46,675 nt of DNA from Acidimicrobiales bacterium (GCA_038256565.1 JBBSKG010000003.1:1-46675), one strand, 5' to 3'. Numbered from the stretch's first letter, positions 31,231 to 42,087 are shown. The notes: generated from the letters alone by a model not told the origin. Numbers and translations are program-made.

Positions 31231-32670
31231 TCATGAAGAAGAACTTGAACTGCGAATTTTATGCATTAGTTCTGTGACCTGATCATATATTTGTCGACGC
31301 TCTTTCATGAGGGCACCAATTTTCTCGACAGCATGAATGACTGTTGTGTGATCTCGGCCACCATATTCACGAGCAATGGCTGGATAACTTAAGTCAGTCA
31401 TTTCTCGACAAACGTACATTCCGATCTGACGGGCTATCACTAGTGGCCGGCGTCGGCTTTTACCACGAAGTTCATCAAGCGAAAAATCAAACATTTCGGC
31501 GGTGGCGTCGAGAATGATCTTTGCTGTAATCACCCGGGTGCGGGTATCACCAATGACGTCATCTAGAACGATGGCTGCTAAATCGGAAGTTAGAGGCTCA
31601 CGGTTGAGGCTGGCAAAAGCCGACACTCGAATGAGGGCTCCTTCAAGTTCCCGGATGTTGTTGGTGATATTAGAGGCAATGAATTCAAGGACATCATCGG
31701 GAATGGGAGTCAGTTCGCGTTCCGCTTTTTTTCGGAGAATAGCCAAGCGAGTTTCGAGTTCTGGTGGCTGAATATCGGTAATAAGACCCCACTCAAAGCG
31801 GCTGCGAAGTCGATCTTCAAGTGTGGCAATTGATCGAGGCGGACGATCTGAGCTGATAACGATTTGACGGTTTGCCCCATGGAGTTGGTTGAAGGTATGG
31901 AAGAACTCTTCTTGTAGACCCTCTTTTCCTTCCATGAATTGAATGTCGTCGACCAACAACACGTCATTTTCTCGATAATGACGCTTAAATGCACTTGCGG
32001 TGTTTGAGCGAATCGACTCCACGTAGTCGTTCATGAACGACTCAGTAGAGACATAGCGAACTTGGTAAGCCTGATAATTCTCATGAACATAATGAGCGAT
32101 CGCATGTAAAAGATGAGTCTTACCAAGCCCAGCTACCCCGTAGATAAAGAGAGGGTTGTAGGATCGAGCTGGAGTTTCGGCAACTGAAAGAGCTGCCGCA
32201 TGGGCGAATCGATTTGATGCACCGGTTACAAATGCATCGAAGGTGTAGCGAGGGTTCAGTGCCTGGGCCGGAGTGCTTCTAAATTGGCTTTCACGTCTCT
32301 GTTCTTCACGTGCCATACGGATGTGATCAGGGTGAGGGGGGTTGGAGTTTTCGCTATCGCGTTGTCTGTCCCCTCCATTGGTTATAGATCCAACCCCTGG
32401 AAAGAGCTCGGGCGTGACTGCTTCTGGACGAACTTGAAAATCTAGGTGGATGTCACTGGCACCTAAATCAGAGAGGTGACGGGTAACTAAATCGAGCCAT
32501 TGCCCTTCAATTCGTTCTTTAACAAGAGAACTGGGGACGGCAATGACGAGTAGATCGTCATCAATGGTCACTGCGACCGTAGGTTGAAAACAACTAACCC
32601 ACGTTGCTTCAGGTACTTGCTTACGAAGTGCAATGAGACAAGATGTCCACAACTGTTCCGCCTCTAACAC
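31231..32670 (-). CDS. dnaA: Chromosomal replication initiator
   Basis: [41 protein letters not shown]. Confidence 0.98.
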   Translation of the reverse strand: MLEAEQLWTSCLIALRKQVPEATWVSCFQPTVAVTIDDDLLVIAVPSSLVKERIEGQWLDLVTRHLSDLGASDIHLDFQVRPEAVTPELFPGVGSITNGGDRQRDSENSNPPHPDHIRMAREEQRRESQFRSTPAQALNPRYTFDAFVTGASNRFAHAAALSVAETPARSYNPLFIYGVAGLGKTHLLHAIAHYVHENYQAYQVRYVSTESFMNDYVESIRSNTASAFKRHYRENDVLLVDDIQFMEGKEGLQEEFFHTFNQLHGANRQIVISSDRPPRSIATLEDRLRSRFEWGLITDIQPPELETRLAILRKKAERELTPIPDDVLEFIASNITNNIRELEGALIRVSAFASLNREPLTSDLAAIVLDDVIGDTRTRVITAKIILDATAEMFDFSLDELRGKSRRRPLVIARQIGMYVCREMTDLSYPAIAREYGGRDHTTVIHAVEKIGALMKERRQIYDQVTELMHKIRSSSSSS

Positions 32671-32696
32671 CGCTTATCATCTCCAGATCGGCAAAG

Positions 32697-32728
32697 TCAT
32701 CCACAACGCAGTCCACAGATGTGGAAAA
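32697..32728. promoter_or_regulatory. DnaA boxes upstream of dnaA
   Basis: TCATCCACA (32697), CAGTCCACA (32709), TGTGGAAAA (32720). Confidence 0.7.
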
Positions 32729-32985
32729 CGCGTATGACCTGGCTCACGTTACATGAACCAGTTCGATCACATCGCAGTGTTGGGCCTTGTGTCGGGCGTC
32801 GAGGACGAACCTACCCAGCGATACGTCGCCTCTAAACCTAATCATTTTGAGTTGGACCAGAAAGTTCTAATCACTCACAACATGTCTTGGCAGGTTGCTC
32901 ATTATGATCAAGAGCCTCTACCCTCGTTAGTAACTCCCAGCACCGCTAGTCGGGTTGGGTACCTGAATCAAACAAGAGAGGCGTC

Positions 32986-33120
32986 GTGAAGCGCACCTAT
33001 CAGCCAAATAATCGTAAACGGGCCAAGAACCACGGGTTTCGTCACCGCATGTCAACACGTGCGGGTCGTGCCATTATCAAGTCACGTCGCCGCAAGGGAC
33101 GTCACAGTCTTTCCGCCTGA
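32986..33120 (+). CDS. rpmH: 50S ribosomal protein L34 (absent from the ORF track)
   Basis: [44 protein letters not shown]. Confidence 0.97.
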   Translation: MKRTYQPNNRKRAKNHGFRHRMSTRAGRAIIKSRRRKGRHSLSA

Positions 33121-33156
33121 TGTACCTAACGTTATTGACAATGCCGAGTACCACCA

Positions 33157-33537
33157 TTGACCAAGCGCATTTGGCGAATTCGTCAACGTTCTAAGTTCGT
33201 TGAGCTTGCACGCCACGGAAAGCGCGCACGCGTTGGAGTCATTACGATTACTTGGCTTGTGGAGCCATCATCGGGGAAAAATAAACCCCAGTTGGCATAC
33301 TCCACAGGCAAACAGGTCGGTCCTTCGGTGGTTCGCAATAGGGTTAGACGCAAACTTCAAGCAATCATGTCTGAATTGGCACCCAGCTTGGCGTCCGGCT
33401 TCTATTTAGTAAAAGCCGGACCAAAAAGTAGCGAAATACATTTTGATGATATTCGAGGAAACGTATGGATAGCACTGCAACGATTGGGAGCACTTCCAAA
33501 AGAAGACGAGGCTCAGTCCAAAAGTCTAACGCAATGA
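33157..33537 (+). CDS. rnpA: RNase P protein component
   Basis: [17 protein letters not shown] motif; directly after rpmH. Confidence 0.92.
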   Translation: MTKRIWRIRQRSKFVELARHGKRARVGVITITWLVEPSSGKNKPQLAYSTGKQVGPSVVRNRVRRKLQAIMSELAPSLASGFYLVKAGPKSSEIHFDDIRGNVWIALQRLGALPKEDEAQSKSLTQ

Positions 33538-33764
33538 GTTTTCCGGCACGCTTGCTGTCAGGGTTATTTCGAGGTTGGCAGTTTGTTCGGACTGGAAAAC
33601 CCTCACCTTGCCGTTTTGTGCCAAGTTGTTCACATTACGGAATAGAGGCTCTTGAAGTCCATGGAGCTATACGTGGTTTTTATCTCACCTTACGTCGTAT
33701 TGTTCGCTGCAATCCTTGGGGGCCTTACGGTTTTGACCCCATTCCAGAGCGGAAGGCCCCCTGA
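33534..33764 (+). CDS. yidD: Membrane protein insertion efficiency factor
   Basis: [25 protein letters not shown]. Confidence 0.92.
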   Translation: MSFPARLLSGLFRGWQFVRTGKPSPCRFVPSCSHYGIEALEVHGAIRGFYLTLRRIVRCNPWGPYGFDPIPERKAP

Positions 33765-33766
33765 AA

Positions 33767-34606
33767 ATGACTGACTTTCTGGCAGGAGCCCTTGCCTTTT
33801 TCTACGATGTTTGGCCCTCCTACGGCGGGTCGATCATATTGTTCACATTGGCAATCATGGCCGTGCTGACCCCCTTGTCACTTAAGAGCTCACGGTCAAT
33901 GATTGCAATGCAGCGTTTAGCTCCAGATTTAAAGAAACTTCAACAAGAGCATAAAGACGATCGCGAAGCACTTAATCGGGAAATGATGGCTCTTTACCAA
34001 GAGCACAAAGTGAGTCCCTTTAGCTCATGTCTTCCTCTCCTCCTTCAAATGCCAGTCTTCTTTCTTCTGTATCGGGTTTTGAATGGACTAACGAGAATTG
34101 GCGAAGATGGAAATTTCAATCCTAAGTCTCTAGATCTTGACTCCTCTTTATCTCAAGCTTTACGAGCTACAGACAAGATGATGTCGTTTGGCATGGATCT
34201 TTCAAAAGGCGCTCTTAAGGAATTACAAACCGAAGGCGTAGTCACCGCTCTCCCATATATTGTGCTTGTTTTACTAGTAGCGGTGACCGCTTATTACCAG
34301 CAACGCCAGCTTTCCGCCCGCAATACCAACACAGCTGTGAACCCTCAGCAACAGATGATCATGAAGTTTATGCCACTGATGTTTGTGTTCATATCCTTCT
34401 CATTACCAGCTGGAGTGGTTGTTTATTTTGTTATTTCTAACTTGGTTCGAATTATGCAGCAAGCTTGGATTACCAAGGTGGAGTATGGCGAGGATGATAA
34501 AAAACCAGCGGTAATAGAGACCCGTGTAGTTGAAAAAAATCTTAATGACACTTCTAAACCAGCTGGACAATCGCCGCAGCGATACAAGAAGAAGAAAAGG
34601 AAGTAG
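33767..34606 (+). CDS. yidC: Membrane protein insertase
   Basis: MQRLAP..KKLQ, CLPLLLQMPVF, PAGVVVYFVISN. Confidence 0.93.
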   Translation: MTDFLAGALAFFYDVWPSYGGSIILFTLAIMAVLTPLSLKSSRSMIAMQRLAPDLKKLQQEHKDDREALNREMMALYQEHKVSPFSSCLPLLLQMPVFFLLYRVLNGLTRIGEDGNFNPKSLDLDSSLSQALRATDKMMSFGMDLSKGALKELQTEGVVTALPYIVLVLLVAVTAYYQQRQLSARNTNTAVNPQQQMIMKFMPLMFVFISFSLPAGVVVYFVISNLVRIMQQAWITKVEYGEDDKKPAVIETRVVEKNLNDTSKPAGQSPQRYKKKKRK

Positions 34607-34610
34607 TGAC

Positions 34611-35459
34611 GTGGAGTGGGTAGAGACAACAGGTAGAACGATTGAGGAAGCTAAGGATGCTGCCTTAGATCAACTCGGTGTAGATGAAGATGATGCAGAG
34701 TTTGAGATTTTAGAAGAGCCAAAAAGCGGACTGTTTGGCCGTATTCGTCAAGAAGCTCGTATTCGAGCTCGAGTTCGACCTGCTACTCCGAGGGCCAAGA
34801 CAGAGCGGCGTGACCGTGGGAAGAGAGGTCCTCGCAGCAAGGGTGGGGTTGGGGCGGGCCCAAACACTGGTTCCCGTGAGACCGCCAAATCTTCTTTTGA
34901 GTCGACACAAGGTAGACCGGCAAAGAAGAACGTTACTAAAAAGCCTGTACGTTCAGCCGTAACGAAACCAGAAGGAGCATTCGTGGAAACAGACATGCCA
35001 CTTACCGAGCAAGGTGAAGTAGCTAAAGCGTTTGTACGTGGATTGTTGGATGCCTTCGATCTGGAGGGCTCAGTTGAAGTCAGAGAACTTGATGAGGATG
35101 CTCTTGAGGTTGCGGTAACCGGAGACAATCTTGGACTATTGGTGGGTCCACGCGGGGCAACTCTGTCGGCCATTCAGGAACTTTCACGAACTGCTTTGCA
35201 ACACGCACTAAGTGGGGCACGCGGTGCCCGCTTACGAGTAGATGTAGGCGGATATTGGGAGCGACGCCGTGACGCTCTTGAGCGTTTTGCACAACAAGTG
35301 GCTGCACAGGTTATTGAGTCTGGTTCAAGTGTGGCTATGGAACCGATGGATGCTGGTGATCGCAAGATAGTGCACGACGCTGTTAATTCTATTGACGGGG
35401 TTCAAACCATTTCTGACGGGGAAGATTCCCGTCGTCATGTAGTAATTAAACCTGTTTGA
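34611..35459 (+). CDS. jag: Jag/KhpB (EloR) RNA-binding protein
   Basis: Jag_N (TGRTIEEA..AAL..LGV), KH (LVGPRGATL), R3H (RKIVH...GE...RHVVI). Confidence 0.92.
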   Translation: MEWVETTGRTIEEAKDAALDQLGVDEDDAEFEILEEPKSGLFGRIRQEARIRARVRPATPRAKTERRDRGKRGPRSKGGVGAGPNTGSRETAKSSFESTQGRPAKKNVTKKPVRSAVTKPEGAFVETDMPLTEQGEVAKAFVRGLLDAFDLEGSVEVRELDEDALEVAVTGDNLGLLVGPRGATLSAIQELSRTALQHALSGARGARLRVDVGGYWERRRDALERFAQQVAAQVIESGSSVAMEPMDAGDRKIVHDAVNSIDGVQTISDGEDSRRHVVIKPV

Positions 35460-36088
35460 ACCCAGTGGATTTAGATGGTTCTTTGCTTGAAGTTCTTGGA
35501 CAGGCAAGAGAACTGGGGTTTTTGGGCCCTGGCCCTATCGAATTACATATAGATCATGCAATGGCTTACGCCAAGCCACTCGGTGAAGGCTGGTCCGGGC
35601 GGGCCGTAGATCTGGGGAGTGGTGGTGGTGTTCCGGGTTTAGTATTGGCTCTGGTGTATCCAGATTCTGAATGGACGTTGGTGGACGCCCAGGAACGCAG
35701 GGCAACTTTTTTGGCCAGTGCCATAAGCTCCCTTTCTCTTGAGAAGAGAGTTTATGTTATGCATGAACGTGCTGAGGTGTTTGGAAGAGACCCCATTCAT
35801 CGTCATACCTACGACCTTGTAGTTGCAAGGAGTTTTTCAGCCCCTCCGGTCACAGCTGAGTGCGCTTCTCCACTGTTAAAGAAGAATGCCCTCCTAGTTG
35901 TTAGTGAGCCACCAGCAGGGGAAGGGGTAACTTATCGCTGGCCTGAAGTCCCACTAGCACTACTCGGGTTACAGCTAGAGAACTTGCTACCCGGTCCCCC
36001 AGCCCTGGCTCTGATTAGAAGCCGAGAGCTATGTGAAGAAAAGTATCCTAGAAGAACTGGAATCCCATCGAAGCGGCCCCTCTGGTGA
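35456..36088 (+). CDS. rsmG: 16S rRNA m7G527 methyltransferase
   Basis: DLGSGGGVPG, RAE, VVARS, YPRR.G.P.KRPL. Confidence 0.9.
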   Translation: MNPVDLDGSLLEVLGQARELGFLGPGPIELHIDHAMAYAKPLGEGWSGRAVDLGSGGGVPGLVLALVYPDSEWTLVDAQERRATFLASAISSLSLEKRVYVMHERAEVFGRDPIHRHTYDLVVARSFSAPPVTAECASPLLKKNALLVVSEPPAGEGVTYRWPEVPLALLGLQLENLLPGPPALALIRSRELCEEKYPRRTGIPSKRPLW

Positions 36089-36104
36089 TGTTTCACGTGA
36101 AACC
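36089..36104. other. parS site (15/16)
   Basis: TGTTTCACGTGAAACC. Confidence 0.88.
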
Positions 36105-36184
36105 ACGTATTGAGCGAGAGACCGAGCTTATCGCTGTAAGGCTGTAGCCTCTGGAGGCTGATAGGCTAAATAAGGAGCCGCTTG

Positions 36185-36200
36185 TGTTTCACGTGAAACA
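36185..36200. other. parS site (perfect)
   Basis: TGTTTCACGTGAAACA. Confidence 0.95.
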
Positions 36201-36290
36201 TCACCAGGCCGACTATGTAGCGGAGAGTGTTTGTTTTAAATCTTGAAAAAGTTTGGTAAATCCTTTGCATGAGGTCATTAGTGTTCTAGT

Positions 36291-37328
36291 ATGCCAAACG
36301 TGTCTGACGGGGCTAGTGAATTTCCAGATAATATAGACGCTCTCTTTGAGCGGCTTCGGGCTGTTGAGACCCACGAGGCTCCTGTCGTTGATGAACTAGA
36401 GACAGAGCCAGTAAATCTGGCAGAGACCGAAGTAATCATCGAAGAGTCTGTGGTAATCGTTGCTCAGAACTCATCTCTTTCGGAAGAACCGAAACTAAAT
36501 TCTAGTTCTGAAACTATTGATCAACTAGCCGAACAGCCGGACGCCTCTCCATCTAGACGCCCATTACCACGAGTGTTAGCGGTTGCTAATCAAAAGGGAG
36601 GGGTAGGTAAAACCACTACGGCGGTAAACCTAAGTGCTTGTTTAGCTGAGTTGGGTTATCGGGTACTCGTATGTGATCTCGACCCGCAAGGGAACGCCAC
36701 AACTGGGCTTGGTTTGAACCCTCGGAACCTAGATTCTTCAATGTACGAAGTAATTTTGAACGATCTTCCATTAGAAGATTGTGTCGAACCAACATCTGTC
36801 AAAAATCTCTTTATTGCCCCAGCCAGCCTTGATCTTGCCGGTGCTGAAATCGAACTTGTGCCTGCATTTAGCCGTGAACTTAGGCTTAAGAGAGCCATTG
36901 AGGCCGTTCATGATCAATATGACTATGTGTTAATTGATTGCCCACCATCACTAGGGCTTCTGACGGTAAACGGTTTAGCTGCCGCAACAGAAGTAATAGT
37001 GCCTATTCAGTGCGAATATTATGCACTTGAGGGCTTGGGTCAGTTGCTGCGCAATGTCGCCTTGGTGCAGAAGAACTTGAACCCAAGTTTGGAAGTAACT
37101 GCCATCATCTTGGTGATGTATGACGCTCGTACCAAGCTTTCAGATCAGGTTGCGAAGGAAGTAAGAGCTCATTTTGGTGATGTTGTGTGTCGTAACGTGA
37201 TTCCACGATCTATCCGGCTTTCTGAAGCCCCTTCCTTTGGGCAGCCAATTATTTCATTTGATTCGACATCTCGTGGAGCTATTGCTTATCGAGAGGTAGC
37301 GAAGGAGGTCAGTGGTGGCGCGCCGTAG
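36291..37328 (+). CDS. parA: Chromosome partitioning ATPase
   Basis: NQKGGVGKTTT, DLDPQGNAT, DCPPSLG, QCEYYALEG; acidic N-terminal extension, start uncertain. Confidence 0.95.
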   Translation: MPNVSDGASEFPDNIDALFERLRAVETHEAPVVDELETEPVNLAETEVIIEESVVIVAQNSSLSEEPKLNSSSETIDQLAEQPDASPSRRPLPRVLAVANQKGGVGKTTTAVNLSACLAELGYRVLVCDLDPQGNATTGLGLNPRNLDSSMYEVILNDLPLEDCVEPTSVKNLFIAPASLDLAGAEIELVPAFSRELRLKRAIEAVHDQYDYVLIDCPPSLGLLTVNGLAAATEVIVPIQCEYYALEGLGQLLRNVALVQKNLNPSLEVTAIILVMYDARTKLSDQVAKEVRAHFGDVVCRNVIPRSIRLSEAPSFGQPIISFDSTSRGAIAYREVAKEVSGGAP

Positions 37329-38253
37329 TGGACTCGGAAAGGGACTTGGTGCACTGATTCCTCCCGAAGCCGTCATGCAAGGTGATGGGGCGGCTTTTCG
37401 TGAGATACCGGTATCGAGTATCCAACCAAACCCTTATCAACCCAGACGACACTTTGATGAAGAGGCTCTGAGTTCACTATCAGCTTCCATAAGGGAACTG
37501 GGGGTTCTTCAACCGCTTCTTGTTCGGATGACGGGCACCGGTGAATATCAGCTGATCGCTGGTGAACGTCGTTGGCGTGCTGCAAAGAGAGCTGGTTTAC
37601 CAACGGTTCCAGTGATCGTAAAAGATGTTGACGACTTAGCATCTTTGGAACAAGCCGTAGTAGAAAACCTCCATCGTAAAGACCTGAACCCTCTTGAAGA
37701 AGCGGCTGCCTACCAACAGCTTCTAGAAGATTTTGCTATGACACATGATCAGCTTGCTACGAGAGTAGGTAAAAGTCGTGCAGCAGTGACTAATACCCTG
37801 CGCCTTTTTCAACTACCAGCTTCAATTCAGAGATTTGTTGCTGAAGGTCAGATCTCTGCAGGCCATGCGCGGACCTTGTTGAGCACACCAGATCGAGATT
37901 TTCAAGAAAACCTTGCTCAACGAATAGTGGCCGAAGGGTTATCGGTTCGAGTTGTTGAAGAAGCGATCCGTATCCATACATTTGGTGATAACGAATCGAC
38001 CGGGGATGATGCCCCATCTTCACAAGTGCCTGCAGGGAAAAAGATCAAGTCCGGTCCTTCAGCGGTAAGTCCTCAACCTCAGCGGCTACGACAAGCCGGC
38101 ATGCATGAACTGGAGACTCTTCTTTCTGAGCACCTTTCAACAAAGGTGCTAGTGGAAGAGAAGGGCAAGAGGGGACAGGTCGTCATTGACTTTGCCGACC
38201 TTGATGACCTAGAGCGTATTTATCGTGCAATGAGCGGAAAGATTGAAAATTAA
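37312..38253 (+). CDS. parB: Chromosome partitioning protein
   Basis: GLGKGLGAL, NPYQPR, IAGERRWRA, EN..R.DLNPLEEA, HTH. Confidence 0.95.
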   Translation: MVARRSGLGKGLGALIPPEAVMQGDGAAFREIPVSSIQPNPYQPRRHFDEEALSSLSASIRELGVLQPLLVRMTGTGEYQLIAGERRWRAAKRAGLPTVPVIVKDVDDLASLEQAVVENLHRKDLNPLEEAAAYQQLLEDFAMTHDQLATRVGKSRAAVTNTLRLFQLPASIQRFVAEGQISAGHARTLLSTPDRDFQENLAQRIVAEGLSVRVVEEAIRIHTFGDNESTGDDAPSSQVPAGKKIKSGPSAVSPQPQRLRQAGMHELETLLSEHLSTKVLVEEKGKRGQVVIDFADLDDLERIYRAMSGKIEN

Positions 38254-38284
38254 TAAGTCTAAACCCTAAAGCAATAGTTGAGAG

Positions 38285-38319
38285 TCTACCCCCAGCCTGT
38301 GGATAAGACTGGGGGTAGA
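38285..38319. terminator. Hairpin between convergent parB and trxA with a DnaA box in the loop
   Basis: TCTACCCCCAG-cc-TGTGGATAA-ga-CTGGGGGTAGA. Confidence 0.65.
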
Positions 38320-38372
38320 GCTAAACTACAGGGTGGTTGTGTATTGGTAAAACAGATCCTTTGGGCAACTTT

Positions 38373-38696
38373 TTAAAGAAAAGTAGAGAGTTCCTCTAGA
38401 AGCTGACCCTTACCTTTTGCGCCGACTAGGCGTTTTTGGGGCTCGCCATTTTGAAAGACGATTAACGTTGGAATGCTCATTACTTCAAAACGACGTGCCA
38501 CTTCAGGGTTGTCGTCAACGTTGAGTTTTGCGATTCGAATTTTCCCCGCTTGTTCTGTGGCTATCTCTTCAAGAATCGGGGCGATCATCTTGCACGGACC
38601 ACACCACTCGGCCCAGAAGTCGACAAGAATTGGTTCGGTAGAAGATTGAATTTCCTCGTTGAATGTTGCGTCGGAAAGTTTGGCGATGTTGCCCAT
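38373..38696 (-). CDS. trxA: Thioredoxin
   Basis: WCGPC; AAGGAG RBS before ATG 38696. Confidence 0.96.
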   Translation of the reverse strand: MGNIAKLSDATFNEEIQSSTEPILVDFWAEWCGPCKMIAPILEEIATEQAGKIRIAKLNVDDNPEVARRFEVMSIPTLIVFQNGEPQKRLVGAKGKGQLLEELSTFL

Positions 38697-38733
38697 GGCA
38701 GTCTCCTTTGTTGGGGGTTGAGATCTTTCTTGG

Positions 38734-39729
38734 CTAGGCCAAGGTAGAGGTGTGAAGCGATTGATTTGCGGCATGTTCTGCTTCAAGCCACCGTTCTGCA
38801 TCAATTGCAGCCATACACCCCGAGCCCGATGCTGTAATGGCTTGTCGATAGGTACGATCTTGAACGTCACCGCAAGCAAACACGCCTTCAATGTTGGTCT
38901 TCGATGAGCCTGCTTGGGTGATGAGGTAACCGGCTTCGTCGGTAGTCAGTTGATCACGGAAAAGGTCGGTGTTGGGTCTGTGCCCAATAGCCACGAACAT
39001 TCCTGTGACATCGAGAGTCGAGCGATCGCCTGTTTTTAAGTTTTCGACCACGGCACCTTCCAACTTTGTGTCCCCGACAAGATCAACGACCCCTGTATTC
39101 CACAGGAACTCAATTTTGTTATTAGTAAAGGCGCGTTCTTGCATGATTTTCGATGCCCGAAGTTCGTCACGTCGGTGAATCAAGGTGACCTTGTCAGCAA
39201 AACGGGTTAGAAACAGCGCTTCTTCTAGTGCGGAATCTCCACCGCCAACTACGGCAATGTTATGACCTCGGAAGAAGAAGCCATCGCAGGTCGCGCAGGT
39301 AGAAAGACCATGTCCTAGTAGGCGTTCTTCAGCAGGTAGGCCCAGCATAAGCGACTGAGCTCCGGTTGAAACGATGACACTTTCGGCCAGGTATGTGGGC
39401 TCTGCAGCGGTAGGGTCACCAACCCAGATTTTAAAAGGGCGAGCGGAAAGATCTACTCGGGTAACTCGAGCGGTTAGAAACTCGGTGCCGAAGCGCTCGG
39501 CTTGAGCACGAAAGTTACTCATAAGTTCAGGGCCCATGATTCCATCAACGAAGCCAGGAAAGTTCTCTACTTCGGTAGTGAGCATGAGCTGTCCACCGGG
39601 TTGATCGCTGGTCGAGGAAAGCTCGCCTTCGATAACTAGCGGAGCAAGACTCGCACGGGATGTATAGATAGCTGCGGTCAACCCAGCTGGGCCAGAACCG
39701 ATGATGATGACGTTGCGGGGGTCAGACAA
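38734..39729 (-). CDS. trxB: Thioredoxin reductase
   Basis: GSGPAG, CATCDG, GGGDSA, HRRDELRAS, YRQAIT. Confidence 0.96.
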   Translation of the reverse strand: MSDPRNVIIIGSGPAGLTAAIYTSRASLAPLVIEGELSSTSDQPGGQLMLTTEVENFPGFVDGIMGPELMSNFRAQAERFGTEFLTARVTRVDLSARPFKIWVGDPTAAEPTYLAESVIVSTGAQSLMLGLPAEERLLGHGLSTCATCDGFFFRGHNIAVVGGGDSALEEALFLTRFADKVTLIHRRDELRASKIMQERAFTNNKIEFLWNTGVVDLVGDTKLEGAVVENLKTGDRSTLDVTGMFVAIGHRPNTDLFRDQLTTDEAGYLITQAGSSKTNIEGVFACGDVQDRTYRQAITASGSGCMAAIDAERWLEAEHAANQSLHTSTLA

Positions 39730-39759
39730 GGTAAACGTTACTTTCTGGTCTTATTGCTT

Positions 39760-40074
39760 CTATTGGTCTTGGTGGGGGACAAATCGCTTCCTCCAACAGA
39801 ACAAGCCAAAGGCTGAAAAGATTCCACCGGTTAGAAGGTGAGCCCCCCAGACTGAGCCGGGAATCCAAATATCTAGAAAACGAACGACCGTGATGCCAGT
39901 CAGAGTAAGAACAGCAACCCCCAGAAGTGCGGCGGCAAGGCCATAGACGATCACCCGAGCGAAGCGTTCAAGTGGGTCGGTTGTGTAGGTGCGGATAGTT
40001 GTTACGACTCGTTCGATTGTGTCAGCGGCACTGGCTGGCCAGTCGTTGTCACCAGGTTCATTTAGAGAATTCAT
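39760..40074 (-). CDS. Small membrane protein (2 TM)
   Basis: 104-aa ORF with two hydrophobic segments, co-oriented with trxB. Confidence 0.65.
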   Translation of the reverse strand: MNSLNEPGDNDWPASAADTIERVVTTIRTYTTDPLERFARVIVYGLAAALLGVAVLTLTGITVVRFLDIWIPGSVWGAHLLTGGIFSAFGLFCWRKRFVPHQDQ

Positions 40075-40118
40075 GAAAGAAGCCTAACTCGTCACGCCAA
40101 ACCATTTACGCTGGGGAC

Positions 40119-40457
40119 GTGCGGCGCTTTCTGGTAGTAATTGTTGGTCTGTTAATGGCGGGCTTGAGTTCGGTAATTGTTGGAGAATATGAATTAGTTG
40201 GGGCGACACCTATTTTGGCCGGTGCCATTCTTGGCGGGTTGTTTGGTGAACTTTTTCTGGCGTTAGGCAGATGGCGGGGACTGATTCCAGGCCTTATCGC
40301 CGCGATCCTCACCGCAGGGTCTATGTATTGGACGGGACAGATCAATAGCAACTTTGGAATAGACCCTTACCCCCAGGGGGCGTACATAGCTGCGGGGATC
40401 GGATCACTGGTTGCTTTGGTCCGGATATGGCGAGCCAAGGACACTGGTCCTAAATAA
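40119..40457 (+). CDS. Small membrane protein (~4 TM)
   Basis: 112-aa, highly hydrophobic Gly-rich helices. Confidence 0.6.
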   Translation: MRRFLVVIVGLLMAGLSSVIVGEYELVGATPILAGAILGGLFGELFLALGRWRGLIPGLIAAILTAGSMYWTGQINSNFGIDPYPQGAYIAAGIGSLVALVRIWRAKDTGPK

Positions 40458-40476
40458 CAATTGAGAATTTGAGGCT

Positions 40477-41427
40477 TTACTTTTTGAAATCGAAGGATTG
40501 AACGTTCAGCACTCGACAATCTGAGGCAGTTAGTACGTAGGCCCGAAGGTTGAGGCTAGATTTAGCAGCCCCCCCGTCAGCGGCATTCTTGCCTTCGGGG
40601 GGGGATAGGGCGAAGACTTCGACGATTGCCTGCTCACCTGTAAAGTCAGCGCTTGCTCGATATAAAAGGGCACCCAGGCGCTTATCGTCTTTTCGAATGA
40701 GCGGTTCGCAGCGAGCATGTGGTTCGGAGGCACCATAGCGGAATTCTGCAACGCTCCCACCTATGGAAAGCCCGGCACTTGGTGGTGCTGCTTCTCCTGG
40801 TGATGATGCAACTGGTGATGGGGTTGTGGTCGGAGTTTTATCACTGGATTCAGCGGCACTTCCTGATTCAGTGATTTTGCCAGATGCTGGATTTGAGTTA
40901 TTCAACTGTCTGTCCCCCACCGCACTCGATTGCTCTTTTGCGACGGTGGGTAAGGGTGCTAGAGCGGTTTGAATGGGGATTCGTAGGTCGGTGGTGGCAT
41001 CAAGAATGAGATGTCCGCCATCGATGATCTGAGAGACTGTTCCATCTGTTGATGTCATGGCAGCCTGGTTGTTTGGCGGCTCGTTGCGCAGTAGAGAAGG
41101 AATCGCAACAACTCCAGCGGCGATAATGGCAGCGGCTGCACTAGCCGCCATCCAACGACGAAGCGCGAATTTTCGGCCAGATTTTGGAGGTTTCTCGCTG
41201 GCGGCAACAGACAAGATAGTGGCGATGGTTTGTTCCATCCGTTGTTGGTTTGTAGTTGGCAATGAGGTAGCTACCCACTGGGAAACGGCACGTAGTTCTT
41301 CGAGACGAGTTGTACAGATTGTGCAGTTGGCGGGGTGTGCATCGGAGACGTGCGTGACCCAATCAGATGAATCCTCGTTATCGAGGAGGGCGCTAAGAAT
41401 CTCGTCAGCGAGGTGATTATTTGTCAT
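40477..41427 (-). CDS. Membrane-anchored zinc-binding anti-sigma factor
   Basis: HL.DE.LSALLD...H...C..C (ZAS-like), one TM, extracytoplasmic Cys pair; overlaps the ECF sigma stop. Confidence 0.8.
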   Translation of the reverse strand: MTNNHLADEILSALLDNEDSSDWVTHVSDAHPANCTICTTRLEELRAVSQWVATSLPTTNQQRMEQTIATILSVAASEKPPKSGRKFALRRWMAASAAAAIIAAGVVAIPSLLRNEPPNNQAAMTSTDGTVSQIIDGGHLILDATTDLRIPIQTALAPLPTVAKEQSSAVGDRQLNNSNPASGKITESGSAAESSDKTPTTTPSPVASSPGEAAPPSAGLSIGGSVAEFRYGASEPHARCEPLIRKDDKRLGALLYRASADFTGEQAIVEVFALSPPEGKNAADGGAAKSSLNLRAYVLTASDCRVLNVQSFDFKK

Positions 41428-42038
41428 GGCTTTGAACTTGGACGTTGATCAACGGTGGCTGAGTTCCCAATAATAAAATTGTGAAGCTGGCCGCGCCCAC
41501 GAGCAATGCGTGAACGTACGGTTCCAGGAGCTATATCGAGCACGATCGCAATCTCGTCATAGGAGAGTGAACACAGGTCTCGCAATATGACAGCTACACG
41601 TTGCTCGATGGCAAGCGTGGCTAAGGCAGCGTCGAGATCAATACGATCAGCGACTCGATCAATCTCAGATTCACTTCGTAGTGATCCAATCGTTTCATAC
41701 GAGTCGTCGTCCACAAGCTTAAGTACAGGCCTTTTCGTACGAAGCCGAATTTCATCGAGACAGGCGTTAGTTGCGACTCGGTAGGACCAGGTGACAAATG
41801 TTGAGCGACTGTCGAATCCTGGCAGCCCTCGAACTATTGCTATCAAGGCATTTTGGGTGGTGTCATCAGCATCATTTTCGCCCACCATGCGACGACATAG
41901 TCCAAATAATCTGGGGTAGTGACGATGGAGCAAGGCGTCGAGCGCCCCACCGTCTCCGCCTTGTGAAGCATGCACAAGGGCATGATCAGATTCGTGCGCT
42001 TCGCTCAATAGATCTAAAGCGTCGTCTTGGATGTTCAC
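41424..42038 (-). CDS. sigM: ECF sigma factor, SigM-like
   Basis: FDSRSTF.TW.YRVATNACLDE.R, GTVRSRIARGR; syntenic upstream of trxB. Confidence 0.8.
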   Translation of the reverse strand: MNIQDDALDLLSEAHESDHALVHASQGGDGGALDALLHRHYPRLFGLCRRMVGENDADDTTQNALIAIVRGLPGFDSRSTFVTWSYRVATNACLDEIRLRTKRPVLKLVDDDSYETIGSLRSESEIDRVADRIDLDAALATLAIEQRVAVILRDLCSLSYDEIAIVLDIAPGTVRSRIARGRGQLHNFIIGNSATVDQRPSSKP

Positions 42039-42087
42039 CAGCGTAGTTCGGGTCTTGAGTCAGCTATGGATGTTTGCAACAACTTGG

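Noticed and set aside
32753-32989. 78-aa ORF between dnaA and rpmH (likewise 31022-31282 in oriC)
   Set aside because: These lie in promoter/origin DNA with no RBS or family features; the real small gene is rpmH at 32986.
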